In this document: positions 1-11,897 of the stretch, one piece after another
How the letters are laid out: every line of letters starts with the position of its first letter
Numbering within the stretch: position 1 is the stretch's first letter
Assembly: GCA_964016885.1 (NCBI GenBank)
Contig: OZ024743.1
Location: 228,966,001 to 229,030,000, forward strand
DNA from: Eledone cirrhosa
Lineage: Eukaryota
DNA length: 64,000 nt
Reading direction: 5' to 3'
The notes under the pieces: model-generated
Told to the model about the DNA's origin: nothing
Database searches by the model: none
What the model saw: only the letters and a program-made list of their open reading frames with translations
Made by a program: the position numbers and the translations under genes

Positions 1-1596
1 CACCTATACATATTTTTTTATCAGTTCTTTCCATCATCTCTCATCACCCTCTCATATCACATAACTCTACTATCGCAACACTTACACAGACTATGAACAG
101 TCTAATGAAGCCTTTAAAATATTTTTGTGTGTCCATATGAACAGACAGAAAGACAGTCAGACAGGCAACCAAAGACGTGTGTGTGTGTGCATGCGCACAT
201 GTGTGTGTGCATATGTGTGTGTGCAAATACACAATACAAACAATGCACAAAAATTCCTATTAGTTCATTTTTCTCCAATATTTTTACGTTCTAGTTTTAA
301 TAAAACATAGAAACGTACAAACATATATACATACATTCATATGTATATAATATACACAAGCCCACACAGAGATACACATATATCCATGCACATATATACA
401 TACATATGTATACTCAATAGGAATTTATCCTGCGTTTGGGGTTGGGGTGGGGGAAGGGAAGGATATGGATGGCTGAAAGAGAAAAAGGAACAGAATGAGA
501 TGAAAGGATAGAAGCTGAAAACAATGAAGAAAGAAAGATAGATAGATAGATAGAACAAAAAAAGAACAAGAGAAAGAATGAAAGAAGGAAAAAAAAACAA
601 ATAAGAAAAAATAAAAAAGAAAGAAAAAATAGAAAAATGAAAGGAGGGAATCATTCAAGAAAGAATGAAAAGTAAATGATTTAAAAAGTACATAACTGAA
701 AAGCTAACAAGAATAAGGAAAAGCTGGAGTTAGCAAGATATTAAATAACTGGCAGTAAAAGACAAGTGTTGGAATTTTAGCAAGACATTTCTAACATAAC
801 AGGCTTAATGGAAAATAAAGAGTCACCAAGGATAGAAATAAAGCCTGTGGGTGGGCTGAAATAGGGGTAAAGACAAAGTTGAGACGGAGGTTGGGAGGGG
901 AGGTAAGGCAGCAGCATGGGTGGGTAGGTGAATGAAGTAGTAGTGGGGTGGGTGTGTGGATGTAGCTTGCTCATGCTGCTGTTGTTGTTGTATTTATTAT
1001 AATGTTCTACTTCCTGTCCTGTTATTGAAAGAAGGAGAGGGAGTAGAATGGAGACAGAGAGAGATTGTTTGAGTGTGTGTGTGTGTGTGTGTGTCACACA
1101 AAGAGAGTGTTTCTGTGAGTGTGGATGAATGTGATATGTGATACACAAAAGAGTGTTTCTCTGTGTGTGTGTGAGAGAGGGAGAGCATGTTTGTGAGCAT
1201 GTGTGTGACACTTAAAAAGAGAGTGTTTCTGTGTATGTGTGTGTGTGTGTGTGTGTATGTGTGTGACACTTAAAGAGAGAGTGCATGTGTGTGTGTGGTT
1301 GTCTGAAATTATAGATGTATGAAAGAGAGGGGGAGAGAAAGAAAGTTCGAGAGGGAGGGAGAGGGAGAGAGAGAGAACAAACAGTATGAGTTGGTGGTTT
1401 CCTCTTAGGGAACTCTTACAAAACAATTACATTTTTTGCTATTGCTAGAGAAGTAGTATCCTGACAAACATTCTCTTCTTCACTGTCACTTCTCAATGTA
1501 TTGGTGAAGCAATTCAGTGATTGAATCATCAGGTGGTTGCCATGAGACAGGTGAAGTATGGTTTAGTCATCAGGTGGTTAGCATTCGACAGATGGC

Positions 1597-2197
1597 TTTA
1601 AACATTTCTTTAATATATTTCTAATGAAAAGACTGCCTATGATTTTCAAATCATTTCGAAAATAAACAAGGATTTGGAGGGATTTACTAATAATTGTTTC
1701 TACTTTTGGCACAAGGCCAGCAATTACCCAGTGCATTACTGGTACTTTATTTTATCGACCCCGTAAGGATGAAAGGCAAAGTCAACCTCGGCGGGATTTG
1801 AACTCAGATCGTTAAGGGACATAACTATGCTGGAAAGCATGGCATCCGACCCTCTACCGATACTGCCAAAATAATATATAACTTTCTCATTTTTGTTTTT
1901 TCTAGTGTTTGGAATGTAACTTAACCACTGTTACTATGCAAAATTGTGACGGAAAGTTTTCAATTAAATATAAACACTTATTATATTTCTAATAAAAGAC
2001 AGTCTATGATACAAGCAGTTTCAAGTAATTTGCTATCAAAAGGCTTTCCCCTTTCATGACCATATTTCTAATGAAATACACTGTAGTTGAATTAATTAAT
2101 TGCAGATTTTAATTAAAATTAGGAACCCTTTAGGGTGGGTGGTTTTGTTTCATAGAATCAAAGGTGTTTTGGAGCAGGTTGGTACCGAAAGAGTTAA
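1597..2197 (+). mobile_element. Degenerate piggyBac-like MITE(s) interrupted by a SINE
   Basis: Shares blocks (ATATTTCTAATGAAA, TTTCAAATCATTT, CATAGAATCA...TTGGTACCGAAAGAGTTAA) with the TTAA-flanked copy at 53067-53306. Confidence 0.5.
1689..1868 (-). mobile_element. tRNA-derived SINE with Meta-domain-like core, nested in a MITE
   Basis: Minus strand reads GAGTTCAAATCC (box B), then GCCGAGGTTGACTTTGCCTTTCATCCTTACGGGGTCGATAAAATAAAGTACCAGT and an AT-rich tail. The same core recurs about ten times in the window. Confidence 0.8.
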
Positions 2198-2491
2198 AAT
2201 TAAATACAAAAAGACAATATAGTTATTGTCCTTGAGCTCTCAATTTCTATTGGAGTTGTATGGGCATTGTTGTGTTATTAAAATCTGCCTTTTAAACATG
2301 GCAGGGATCTTCTTGCTCTAGGTTGGAACACAGCCTATTTCTCCAAGAGAAAAACAAGGAAAAAATATAAAGGAAGTATCAACTCCAGTATTTGATTGAT
2401 ACCTTATTTATCAACCTTGAAAAGACAAAAAGCAATATTTTCGGTAGGATTTGAAGTTAGAACACATAGACCCAGAATATATGACACTGAT

Positions 2492-2700
2492 TGGGAGTAT
2501 CGGTAGAGCGTTGGATACCATGCTTTGCAGCATAGAGTTACAGCTCTTTACGTTCTGCATTCAATTCCCACCGAGGTTAGCTTTGCCTTTCATCCTTAAG
2601 AGGTTAATAAACAAAATACCAGTTATGCACTAGGGTTGGTTGAATCAACTTTTTCCTCCCCCAAAATTGCTGGCCTTTTGCCTAAATCAGAAACCATTAT
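2492..2700 (+). mobile_element. tRNA-derived SINE with Meta-like core
   Basis: TTCAATTCCCACCGAGGTTAGCTTTGCCTTTCATCC core and a TTGCTGGCCTTTTGCCTAAATCAGAAACCATTAT tail. Confidence 0.7.
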
Positions 2701-2719
2701 AGTCAATACTTGTTTAAGG

Positions 2720-2950
2720 CTCTGCTGCAACATTCCAATAGTGTTGAACATGTACCCACAGCACCTCTCAATGTGTTATAAGCCCTCCCTGAATACTTCT
2801 CTGTATGTGTTGTAAAGCACTTCTAATAGTGCTGAAAGCCCTTTCAGTAAGTCCCTCTCTCAATGGGTTATCATCCTTCCCAGAGCCCTTCTCAGTATGT
2901 GTTGTAAGCCTTCCCAGAGCCCTTCTTGGAACAATTTCATGTATGTTGAA
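2720..2950. repeat. Degenerate minisatellite (about 34-bp unit)
   Basis: Recurrent TTCCCAGAGCCCTTCTCAGTATGTGTTGTAAGCC-like units. Confidence 0.55.
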
Positions 2951-3419
2951 TGACCTCCTGGGGAGGTGGGGGCGTCATAAGTGTGTTGAATGACATCTTG
3001 GAGGTATCTTAAGTAATTTAGTTGGAATTTTAAGAGGTGTACAACAATAACAATGAAAAAGAAATAAAGGATTTGGTGCAGAGTAAGGGTTAAATAGAGA
3101 TGTAGTTGTGGGGCTATAGCCCATCTAAGCTTTCTATCAAAATGATATAATAATAATGCAGTACAGTCTAAACATATATTTTGGTATTGTAACAACTCTA
3201 ATGTGTGTGCACACACACACACATATACACACACTTCTTTGTATAATCCCACAGTCGCCACCAAAAAAACAGTTCCACAGTCCCTGAGCTACACAGTAAG
3301 GGTGACAGAGCCTTAGCAAAAATGATAGAACAGGACAAGAACTGACACTGTTCTAATCAAAGAATAGTATTTCTAAACTGTTTTGGAGAAAGAGTCTTTA
3401 GATTCACTTTCACTCATGG

Positions 3420-3718
3420 GAGACCCTTTATGTTTGAGTTCAAATCACGCTGAGGTTAGTTTTGCCTTTCATCCTTATGGGGTCGATAACATAAAACACC
3501 AGTCATGCATTGGGGTCGATTTAATCAACTTCCCCCTTGCCCCAAATTGCTGGCCTTGTGCCTAAATCAGATACCATTATTATTTTCTTGTTCTTTTCAT
3601 TCTGAAATCCCACCGAGGTCAACTTTGCCTTTCATCCTTACGGGGTCGATAAAATAAAGTACCAGTAATGTACTGTGTAATTGCTGGCCTTATGCCAAAA
3701 GTAGAAACAATTATTATT
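3420..3718 (+). mobile_element. Two adjacent Meta-like SINE copies (about 3420-3583 and 3597-3718)
   Basis: Two GAGGT(T/C)A..TTTGCCTTTCATCCTTA.GGGGTCGATAA cores, each followed by the GCTGGCCTT...ATTATT tail. Confidence 0.75.
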
Positions 3719-3937
3719 CTCTTGTTCTTTTACTGTGGCACTGCCTTTAAGTTGTTCATGTCAACACCAGAACTGATTATTTCACGTCTGGTATATATTT
3801 TATCAATCTCCCCTTAACCATGCAGTCATATATTTATGGTTAGAAATAAGTTAAAACTTATTGTGAACATAGATTAAAATGGCCAGATTTGAACAAGTTG
3901 ACAGTTACTAGCAAAGTACTCATATATATATATATAT

Positions 3938-4050
3938 CAGTCCTATGCGAGCAAGACAACCACTCTTGCCTCAAGTGGGAAACCCCCTGTCCAAACCCAT
4001 GCAAGCGTGGAACACGGACGTTAAACGTTGATGATGATGATGATGATGAT
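3938..4050 (+). mobile_element. RTE LINE extreme 3' end
   Basis: Matches 12737-12846 (CAGTCCTATGCGAGCAAGACAACC...GGACGTTAAACG) and ends in (GAT)n; sits in (TA)n. Confidence 0.85.
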
Positions 4051-4281
4051 ATATATAGGGTATGAATCGAAGTTGTAGCCACAATATAGCAGGTACAAAT
4101 CGAATTGTTTGAAACAGTCACAAAGCATTCAGTGGAGTGAGTAATCAATACTTTATCACCCAGAGTAAATACAAAAGTTAATAAAGTGTGACACCAAGAA
4201 AATGCTTTTGGCTGCACTTCCCGACAACATTCGTTAGCTTGCCCGCAACCAGAGCTCCGATTATGCTGTACTACTTTCTTG

Positions 4282-4369
<88 letters not shown>

Positions 4370-5189
4370 CAAAGTTTTCAGTGGAGCCAGTATCATACAG
4401 TATTAACATAGCACATGAAAAGAAAAGAAAGAATTATATATGACCAATCAGTCTCTCTACATAGAAGACAGCAAAAATTGACAACTATAGATTGGGTTTG
4501 GATACTGTTTCATTATTATCACTGAACTATACTAACTAATCTTAGCATTAAGTACTTAAGAGAGTTAGATGTCCTTTGTAGTTGAGCTAGTAAATGACTT
4601 ATCTAATCATTAGAACATGTTGTGGCACACACAGAGCTGGATGATGATGATGATGATGAGGATGTTAAACATTATCTGAAGCAGAATTAATTCAGCCAGA
4701 AAACAATGCAAACAACAACAATTGCATAATTTTGAGTTCCATGCAATTATAGAGTATATGATTTATCTAATTCTGTGTGTTTGTATGACTGTATGTCTAC
4801 ATGTTATTGCATATGTGTGTACATTTATGTATGTATTTACATGTATGTTTGCATATGCTTGTGTCTATGTGTATGTTTGTAAGTATGTATATGTCTCTAT
4901 ATGTATTTGTATGCCTGTCTATTTGCATGCCTAGTGAATGCACGTGGATCTGTGTGTATAATTATGTATGTGTTACATACATACAGGTAACTGCTGATTG
5001 AAAAGATATGATCAATGGCCATACCCTTGTTATTTTGTACACCTATCTTTACAGGTCAATGTGTTTCTCCTTTTAAATAAAATATAATTTGACTGCTATT
5101 TCTAGTAGAATAAGTGACTATGTAAAGGTTCCTTAGTTCACTCATAATGTAATACACATTTGGTAAACAATTCATATTTTGTGAAACTC

Positions 5190-5296
5190 ATATCAATTAA
5201 AGTGTCAGGGCCCCAATGGCTGAGCTCTTGCTGTTTCAACAGCTAGTTCCAGACTAGCAAGAGCTCAGCTATCAGGCCTCTCTACTCTTTGATATA
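5190..5296. mobile_element. Degenerate hairpin of the GAGCTC family (PLE pLTR-derived)
   Basis: GCTGAGCTCTTGCT...CTAGTTCCAGACTAG...CAAGAGCTCAGC inverted arms, similar to 11192-11612. Confidence 0.55.
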
Positions 5297-5370
5297 TTGT
5301 ATGCGCGTGTGTGTGTATATATATATACACACACAAACTATGCTATGCTTTTGTGTGTATATATATATAT

Positions 5371-6631
5371 CATCATCATCATCATCGTTTAACGTCCATA
5401 TTCCACGCTTGCATGGGTTTGGACGGGAGTTTTCCCACTAGAGGCAAGAGTGGTTGTCTTGCTCGCATAGGACTGTCTGGTGGGTTTTCTATGGCTGGAT
5501 GCCCTTCCTAACACCAACCACATTTGCAGTGTGGAACTGGGAGGTTTTTACCGTGTTACCTACAAGTCCACATTACAGTGTGGACTGTGTGTTTTTTTGT
5601 CGTGACACCTACACGACCTCATTTGTTTCGGGCTGGATGTTGTAGTACCAACATAACTTTACATTGAAAGGGGTGGTATGGATGGGGTGGGAGTAGTGGG
5701 ACGGGGGGTGTATTTTGTTAGAGGTGCCTACTGACTGTAGTAGGTTTCACTTTGTACTTAGGTAAGGCGGGTCTTCTCTATTACTGTGTAGCGCCAAAGA
5801 TCTCGGTCCAGTGACATTGTCTTGGAGAGGTGTAAGTGTGTGAGGTTGGAATTTATCAGCTCGTCCCAGGTCTTTCTGGGTCTGCCTATTCCGTGGCTAC
5901 CGTCTATTTTTATTGCCCTGCACTTTTTTATACAGCTGTCGTCTTTCATGCGCATCACGTGACCATACCAACGTGGTCTTCTTTCGAGTAAACAACATCT
6001 GATCCCTCTTATTTCTAATTTTTCCCTTAGTTCGTTTATGCTTTGCCGTTCACGTATATTACTATTACACATCCAGCGGAGCATGCAAGCTTCGTTTCTC
6101 TCCAATCTGCGTATATCCTCTGCACACAATGCCCAGGTCTCACTGCCATGTAACATTGCTGTTCGTATGCAGGCATCATACAGCCTGCCTTTTATTTTTA
6201 GGGAAAACCCTTTACCGGCTAATAGTGCTATAAGCTCTCTGAACTTTTTTCATCCAGTTCTGACTCTAGCTACTGTACTTTCAGAGCACCCTCCCCCACT
6301 ACTGATTTTGTCACCCAGGTAACGGAAGCTGTCCACTATTTCTATAGAACCATCTGGGCAATGGAACGAGGTAGTATTTTTGTGGGCACTTGCTGCTACT
6401 TATTGCACCAGAGTACCGGCCACATATAAAATCTATGTTCTTAGTTAGCTTACCTGTGATCCCACTACATCTTTTATGCACCCATACTTTGCATTTGGGA
6501 CATAAAATGGAGTTTCTACCTACTCCTTTCCTATACACTGAGCATGGCCATTTCCCAGATGGGACCGGTGCCCTATTTTCCTTCCTACAAACTAGAACTT
6601 TAGTCTTAGACAGGTTAATTTTAAGGCCTTT
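5371..6631 (-). mobile_element. RTE-clade LINE, 5'-truncated (PHD-like finger, C-terminal domain, 3' UTR, (ATG)n tail)
   Basis: ORFs 6311-6667 (GLKINLSKTKVL...CPKCKVWVHKRC) and 5758-6156 (MLHGSETW...RWYGHVMRM...GRPRKTW) are separated by a frameshift; (CAT)n at 5371-5385. Confidence 0.92.
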
Positions 6632-6823
6632 TGATATATATATATACACACATACACACATACACACATACCATACTCAGAGGCAAGCGAGCAGTGTGGC
6701 AACATACTACTACCTCCATCTCTGGGTCAAAAGCATAGCACACACTTTTTCTTCTTTGTTTTTCTTTGCTTGTTTCTTTAAAGCTTACCATCATTCAGTT
6801 GGTATACATCTATTATGCAATTT

Positions 6824-6881
6824 ACATCTGATGAGGTCACTGGGTTCTTATGTAACCTGGCCACTGAAATGTGCATAGTGT
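6824..6881 (+). ncRNA. Type I hammerhead ribozyme motif in a PLE-like 3' end (insert about 6670-6940)
   Basis: ACAT-CTGATGA-stem II (GGT..CTGGGTT/AACCTGG..ACT)-GAAA-TGTGCA-TA^GTGT. Helix III ATGTGCAT is self-complementary with a G-U pair, and the insert is bounded by CA/TA microsatellite. Confidence 0.65.
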
Positions 6882-6937
6882 TTACAGTAATAACATTTTT
6901 TTTAAATTCAACATATTTGACCTCCTGTAATTTCACT

Positions 6938-6985
<48 letters not shown>

Positions 6986-6987
<2 letters not shown>

Positions 6988-7082
6988 CAAGGTTTAGCAA
7001 ATAAGAAAAAGTTTCAAAATAAATTTCAAAAAATTAACTGTACTCACTATGGTTACCTTTACCGAATCGGTTTCGAGTCTCA
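6986..7082 (-). mobile_element. PLE-type 3' end with the 3' half of an HHR
   Basis: Minus strand GAGACTC-GAAA-CCGATTCGG-TA^AAGG, abutting (TA)n; homologous to 12871-12970. Confidence 0.55.
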
Positions 7083-7100
7083 AAAAAAAAAAAAGAAAAA

Positions 7101-7155
<55 letters not shown>

Positions 7156-7159
7156 TAGA

Positions 7160-7242
7160 CACTTGCCCAAAGGTCTCACAAGGTGGTCAGAACCCGAAAC
7201 CAAGACTTTGTGAAACAAACTCCTTAACCACACAGCTATGCT
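7160..7242 (-). mobile_element. Head fragment of a third tRNA-derived SINE type
   Basis: Minus strand GCTGTGTGGTTAAGGAGTTTG...GGGTTCTGACC...CCTTTGGGCAAGTG, similar to 25925 and 28512. Confidence 0.5.
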
Positions 7243-8972
7243 ACGACTATAAACAAGGTTTATTTTCATAACTGAAATTAAAATTGATAAGCACACAATG
7301 TTAATGTGTGTATGTGTTTAATAGGGAGAGTGGCTTCACTATTAGAATGCTAGTGTGGGAGTGAGTATGTGTGTGGTGGTGGGGGTAAGATTGGTAGGGC
7401 TTCACTATTACAAAATATCAACAAAAACAATAAGGTCAGGTTCCCTCCCAAATTTGGGTCCTTGTTGTTTGGTTAGAAAATTAAAAGAAGAAACTTAAGA
7501 TCAGAGACAATCATAGAAAGTGTGTGAGTGTATGTGTGTGAGTGCATTTGATGTATATGAGTGAGTGAGACAATGAGTGTGTGTGGGTCTGTAGTGTATT
7601 GTCTGTGTATGTGATGATTAAGATTGTGTGGGTGTTTGGCATATGTAGTGTGTGTATGTGTGTGTGTATGTAGTGAGTGTGTGTGTAGTGTATATGCCGT
7701 CAGACTCAATCTGAAATCTTACAAAAAGATACAGATGTCAAGGAACTTTACTGATAAGGGGTACTGCAGCAATAGGGAAGGACAGGAGAAAATAAAAACC
7801 ATAGGACTACATAAACATTAACTGTTTATTATATATATTGTGTGTGTACATATATGTTATACACACACATATATATATATACATATATATTCATATATAT
7901 AAACGCACATACATGCATAGCATATATATATATATATATACACATGCATGCATGTATACATACAATATATATCTATATGTACACACATATATACATACAC
8001 ACACATTTTCTTTCTATCTCAATACACTCCATTCACCCTATCTATAGTTTAGTTTCCTTATTATTTCTCAACCATATAAGAGGTCTACTCTCTTTATAGA
8101 TCTTAAGAATGATATACCGTGTTAAAATGAGATACTGTCCTTGAACATAATAATGCAATACTTTCACACAAACACACAGAGCCAATACTACCATTTACAC
8201 CCACTAAGAAAACATTAAGAAACAGACCTTTGTGAGGTGGTGCATTACTCTATCTTAAGGATCACAGTTTTATAGAAATTTATATAATTAACTTAAATAA
8301 GGCAGCTCTTTGAGAAATCGTGAGAATATTGCCAAGAAGTTATTCTTGTTTTGTAGGCCTCAAAAAGACTTATGATTGTGTTCCTTGGGACCTGCTGTGG
8401 AATGTTCTACAGGAGTATGTAATATAACTAGCTTACTCATTAGCAAGCTGATGTCTGAAACAACATCATAAAATTATGTAAATTATAAATTATGGCTAGT
8501 TAGGGCATAGGTAATTGTTTGTTCACTAATATATATAGCAAAAACAAACTAAAAAAGAAAATATTTTGTTAAACTTAAAATAATATATTATTTTTTGTTC
8601 AAACCAAGTGGGTGGCAGATAAATAACTAGACAGGCAGAGAAACAGATAAAGATACAGAGATAAAAAAACAGGCAAAAGGCTTTGAAATATTCATCATAA
8701 GAGATATCAGTCAGAGCTAATCAATGGAAATGGCTGCCCACTAGCTAAGAGTTAACAAATAACTGAATAAATAATAATAATAATAAATAATAGATGTTAG
8801 TAAATGAAGTTGATCTAGAAACTGATAAAGACATAAAAAATGGCAAAGAAATATATTTGATGTTTTCTTTTTCAAAGCTATCCAAAATGATGTATATGAA
8901 ACTGCTGATATATCACTTGGCAGTGTCATAAATTTCGGTTTCTGTTTATTCTTCAAATGCAAAAGCACTTAC

Positions 8973-9034
8973 CTTGCAACATTTTCAATAGATTATTACT
9001 GAGGAATGAAAATGTCAGACCAGGTGATACTTAC
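8973..9034 (-). other. Candidate recursive splice site with a 62-nt RS-exon
   Basis: Minus strand CTTTTCTTATTCATTTCAG|GTAAGT at 9035/9034 and a second donor AAG|GTAAGT at 8973/8972. Confidence 0.35.
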
Positions 9035-9487
9035 CTGAAATGAATAAGAAAAGTATATTTTAGAATAATGCATATTTACATACAGAGATATGAAAAAACA
9101 GGTTTTAGTTGACTAGGGGCACATATCACAACAGTTATAGCTACAAATAACTTGTAGTTGTACCCATGTAAGAGATCTAGCCCCTTTGATACCAACACAT
9201 TCAAAATTGACTCCCATTTTAAGCAATAAAACCACACATTTTATAGGTTTCTTGTACAAATTGAAATATTCCCACATAAAAATGTATAGGGACTTTGTTG
9301 CTAAGTTATGCTAAAATAATAAAAAAATTAATAAATTGCCCCAACAAATTAGTAATTAATTGAAATAAAGTGTATGTCTTTACAAATATGGTAATAAACA
9401 GGCAAAACACAGCTGTAGTTGTAGCTACAGAAGAAACTAAATACAAATGAATGAGCATATAAGTAGATTTTAGATTTATACACACAC

Positions 9488-9554
<67 letters not shown>

Positions 9555-9687
9555 CAATGTGGTCTACCCTTGGTGGTAGGGTCCGTACCGTAGATAGAAC
9601 TCAATGTAATCTGATGGCGAGTAATCCAGTGAAATCTATAGAAAGGTTCCGTGTTCCACTGAGCTAATAACTCAGATACAATGTCAG

Positions 9688-9996
9688 ATATCAGGTATTA
9701 ATTCAACAATGAAAATAATAACAACACAGTCGAGTTCTTTTACCTATTCATATCATTGTTTTACGATCGTTTCGAAGGGTTGATCATATTGACATATTGA
9801 CTGATCTATAGCAGTTATATAACTGTATACTATCAGACCTATATATAGGTCTGATAGTATACAGTTATATAACTGCTATAGATCAGTCAATATGTCAATA
9901 TGATCAACCCTTCGAAACGATCGTAAAACAATGATATGAATAGGTAAAATAACTCGACTGTGTTGTTATTTTCATTGTTAAATTAATACCCGATAT
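9688..9996. mobile_element. Near-perfect palindrome of about 310 bp carrying the 3' half of an HHR in each arm
   Basis: Centre at 9843/9844 (GACCTATATATAGGTC). The right arm has CTTC-GAAA-CGATCG-TA^AAAC, with a perfectly palindromic helix III ACGATCGT. Confidence 0.8.
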
Positions 9997-10324
9997 ATAT
10001 AGATATATATAGTTACATTTTTTATTAACCACAAGGGCACAAAAGAAGGGGACAAATACAAATGGGGAGTTTACATACAGGTATTTGAAAATAAAACTAT
10101 TAATACAATAACAAATAACAATTGAAATCCCCAATAGGGGGGGGAGGTGTTACACAGGGGTCGTACACACCCCGAAAAAATGTACAACCCTCATCTCCAG
10201 GAGCACCAACAGTGAGTACTCCCTTCCTCTTTTTCCTCAACCTACAGGCTTATATAGAGAGAAGGCCCAACCACTCAGGCCATCTTTGCCACATTGACCC
10301 ACCTTTTATAAAATTTGCTGGGGT

Positions 10325-10356
<32 letters not shown>

Positions 10357-10377
10357 AGATAGAGAGAGAGATATCTT

Positions 10378-10702
10378 TCATCATTTCATCATCATCATTT
10401 CATTTTATGTCCGCTTTTTCCCTGCTTGCAAGGGTGGGACGGGAACTGATTATGGCTTGATTTTTACAGCTGGATGCCCTTCCTAACACCAACCTCATTT
10501 ACAGTGAGTGCTGGGTGCCTTTTTGCTGTGGCACCTCCACGACCACTTTGCAGTGGAATGATATGGACCCCAGTCCCTATCATCTCATTTCTACAGCTGA
10601 GTAAACTGGAGCAATGTGAAATAAAGTGTCTTGTTCAAGGAAACAACACATCACTCAGTCTGAGAATTGAACTCACAACCTTTCGATTGCAAGGCCAATG
10701 CT
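10378..10702 (-). mobile_element. CORE-like SINE with RTE-derived 3' tail, head truncated
   Basis: Near-identical to 33378-33700; has a (CAT)n tail and the TTGAACAAGACACTTTATTTCACATTGCTCCAG core. Confidence 0.8.
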
Positions 10703-10716
10703 GTTATATAGAAATA

Positions 10717-10765
10717 CTATCTACAGGTCTAGAGCTGTTTCAATTGAATGAAATCATCAGGAAAG
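10717..10765 (-). ncRNA. Degenerate type I hammerhead motif
   Basis: Minus strand CTTTC-CTGATGA-TTTCATTCAATT-GAAA-CAG-CTCTAGAC-CTG-TA^GATAG. Helix III pairs well, but stem II is poor. Confidence 0.45.
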
Positions 10766-11020
10766 TCAGATAAGGTCAGTTAGTTCTTATTAATTGGTGT
10801 CTTTGCTGGTAGTTGAGGGTGCTGGTCGTGGGGTGTCCTATTTAATGGAGCAAATACCTAGTGGTTTATTTTGTTTTTCATCCTGCAGGGTGTCCAATGT
10901 CATGCTCCTCACCAAGCAAACTTACTGGTGTTGCCGGTTTAGTTGTAGATGACCCAACCATCTGACAGGCTGTACTGGGTTACATATTACCAGTTGTACT
11001 TGAGAGTGATTTGACACAGA

Positions 11021-11051
<31 letters not shown>

Positions 11052-11191
11052 GTATATATATATGGAACTAGCAGTTGAAATAGTAAAAGCTCAGCTGTCA
11101 AGATCATGACTCTTTTGAATCGTCTGGTGAGAATGATCTAACCAATTTTTTACTGTATCCATCTTGATTTACATGTATATATATATATATA

Positions 11192-11609
11192 TAGGAACGA
11201 GTAAGACCCCGACGGCTGAGCTCAAGCTGTTTCAACGGCTAATTCTGGACTAAAATTCTTTTTAGTCCAGAATTAGCCATCGAAACGGCTTGAGCTCAGC
11301 CGTCGGGGTCTTACTCGTTCCTATTACCCACTCTACTACCCTAAGTATTGAGTACTTTGGTGCGTTATGGTCGACCTGGTTCCTTACCACATTTCCTTCA
11401 TTATATATATATATATATAGCGAAGGAAAAGTGGTAAGGAACCAGGTGGACCATAACGCACCAAAGTACTCAATTCTTAGGGTAGTAGAGTGGGTAATAG
11501 GAGTAAGTAAGACCCCGACGGCTGAGCTCAAGCCGTTTCGACGGCTAATTCTGTACTCGAATTAGCCGTCGAAACGGCTTGAGCTCAGCCGTCGGGGTCT
11601 TACTTACTC

Positions 11610-11612
<3 letters not shown>
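11192..11612. mobile_element. Four-arm compound palindrome of PLE-like 3' ends (GAGCTC family) in (TA)n
   Basis: Symmetry centres near 11257, 11410 ((TA)n) and 11555. GAAA-CGGC-TTGAGCTCA-GCCG-TC^GGGG occurs at 11282 and 11571, and the ORF track shows mirror ORFs on both strands. Confidence 0.85.
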
Positions 11613-11644
<32 letters not shown>

Positions 11645-11653
11645 TACGCACAC

Positions 11654-11684
<31 letters not shown>

Positions 11685-11897
11685 TATACATATATATATA
11701 TAAATATACACATATATAAATATATATACACACACACATACACACATATACATATATATATATATATAAATATACACATATATAAATATATATACACACA
11801 CACATACACACATATACATATATATATATATAAATATACACATATATAAATATATATACACACACACATATATATATATAAATATATATATATATAT

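Noticed and set aside
9605-9650. CTGATGG...GAAATCTATAGA resembling a hammerhead
   Set aside because: The core is wrong, there is no stem II pairing, and there is no UH or stem I partner.
10010-10325. Unique-looking insert between microsatellites (similar case at 4058-4282)
   Set aside because: It is probably another TA-targeted fragment, but I found no ORF, ribozyme fold, termini or second copy to support a call.
11262-11565. Pair of near-identical ORFs on opposite strands
   Set aside because: They are a by-product of the palindrome and have no recognisable domain.
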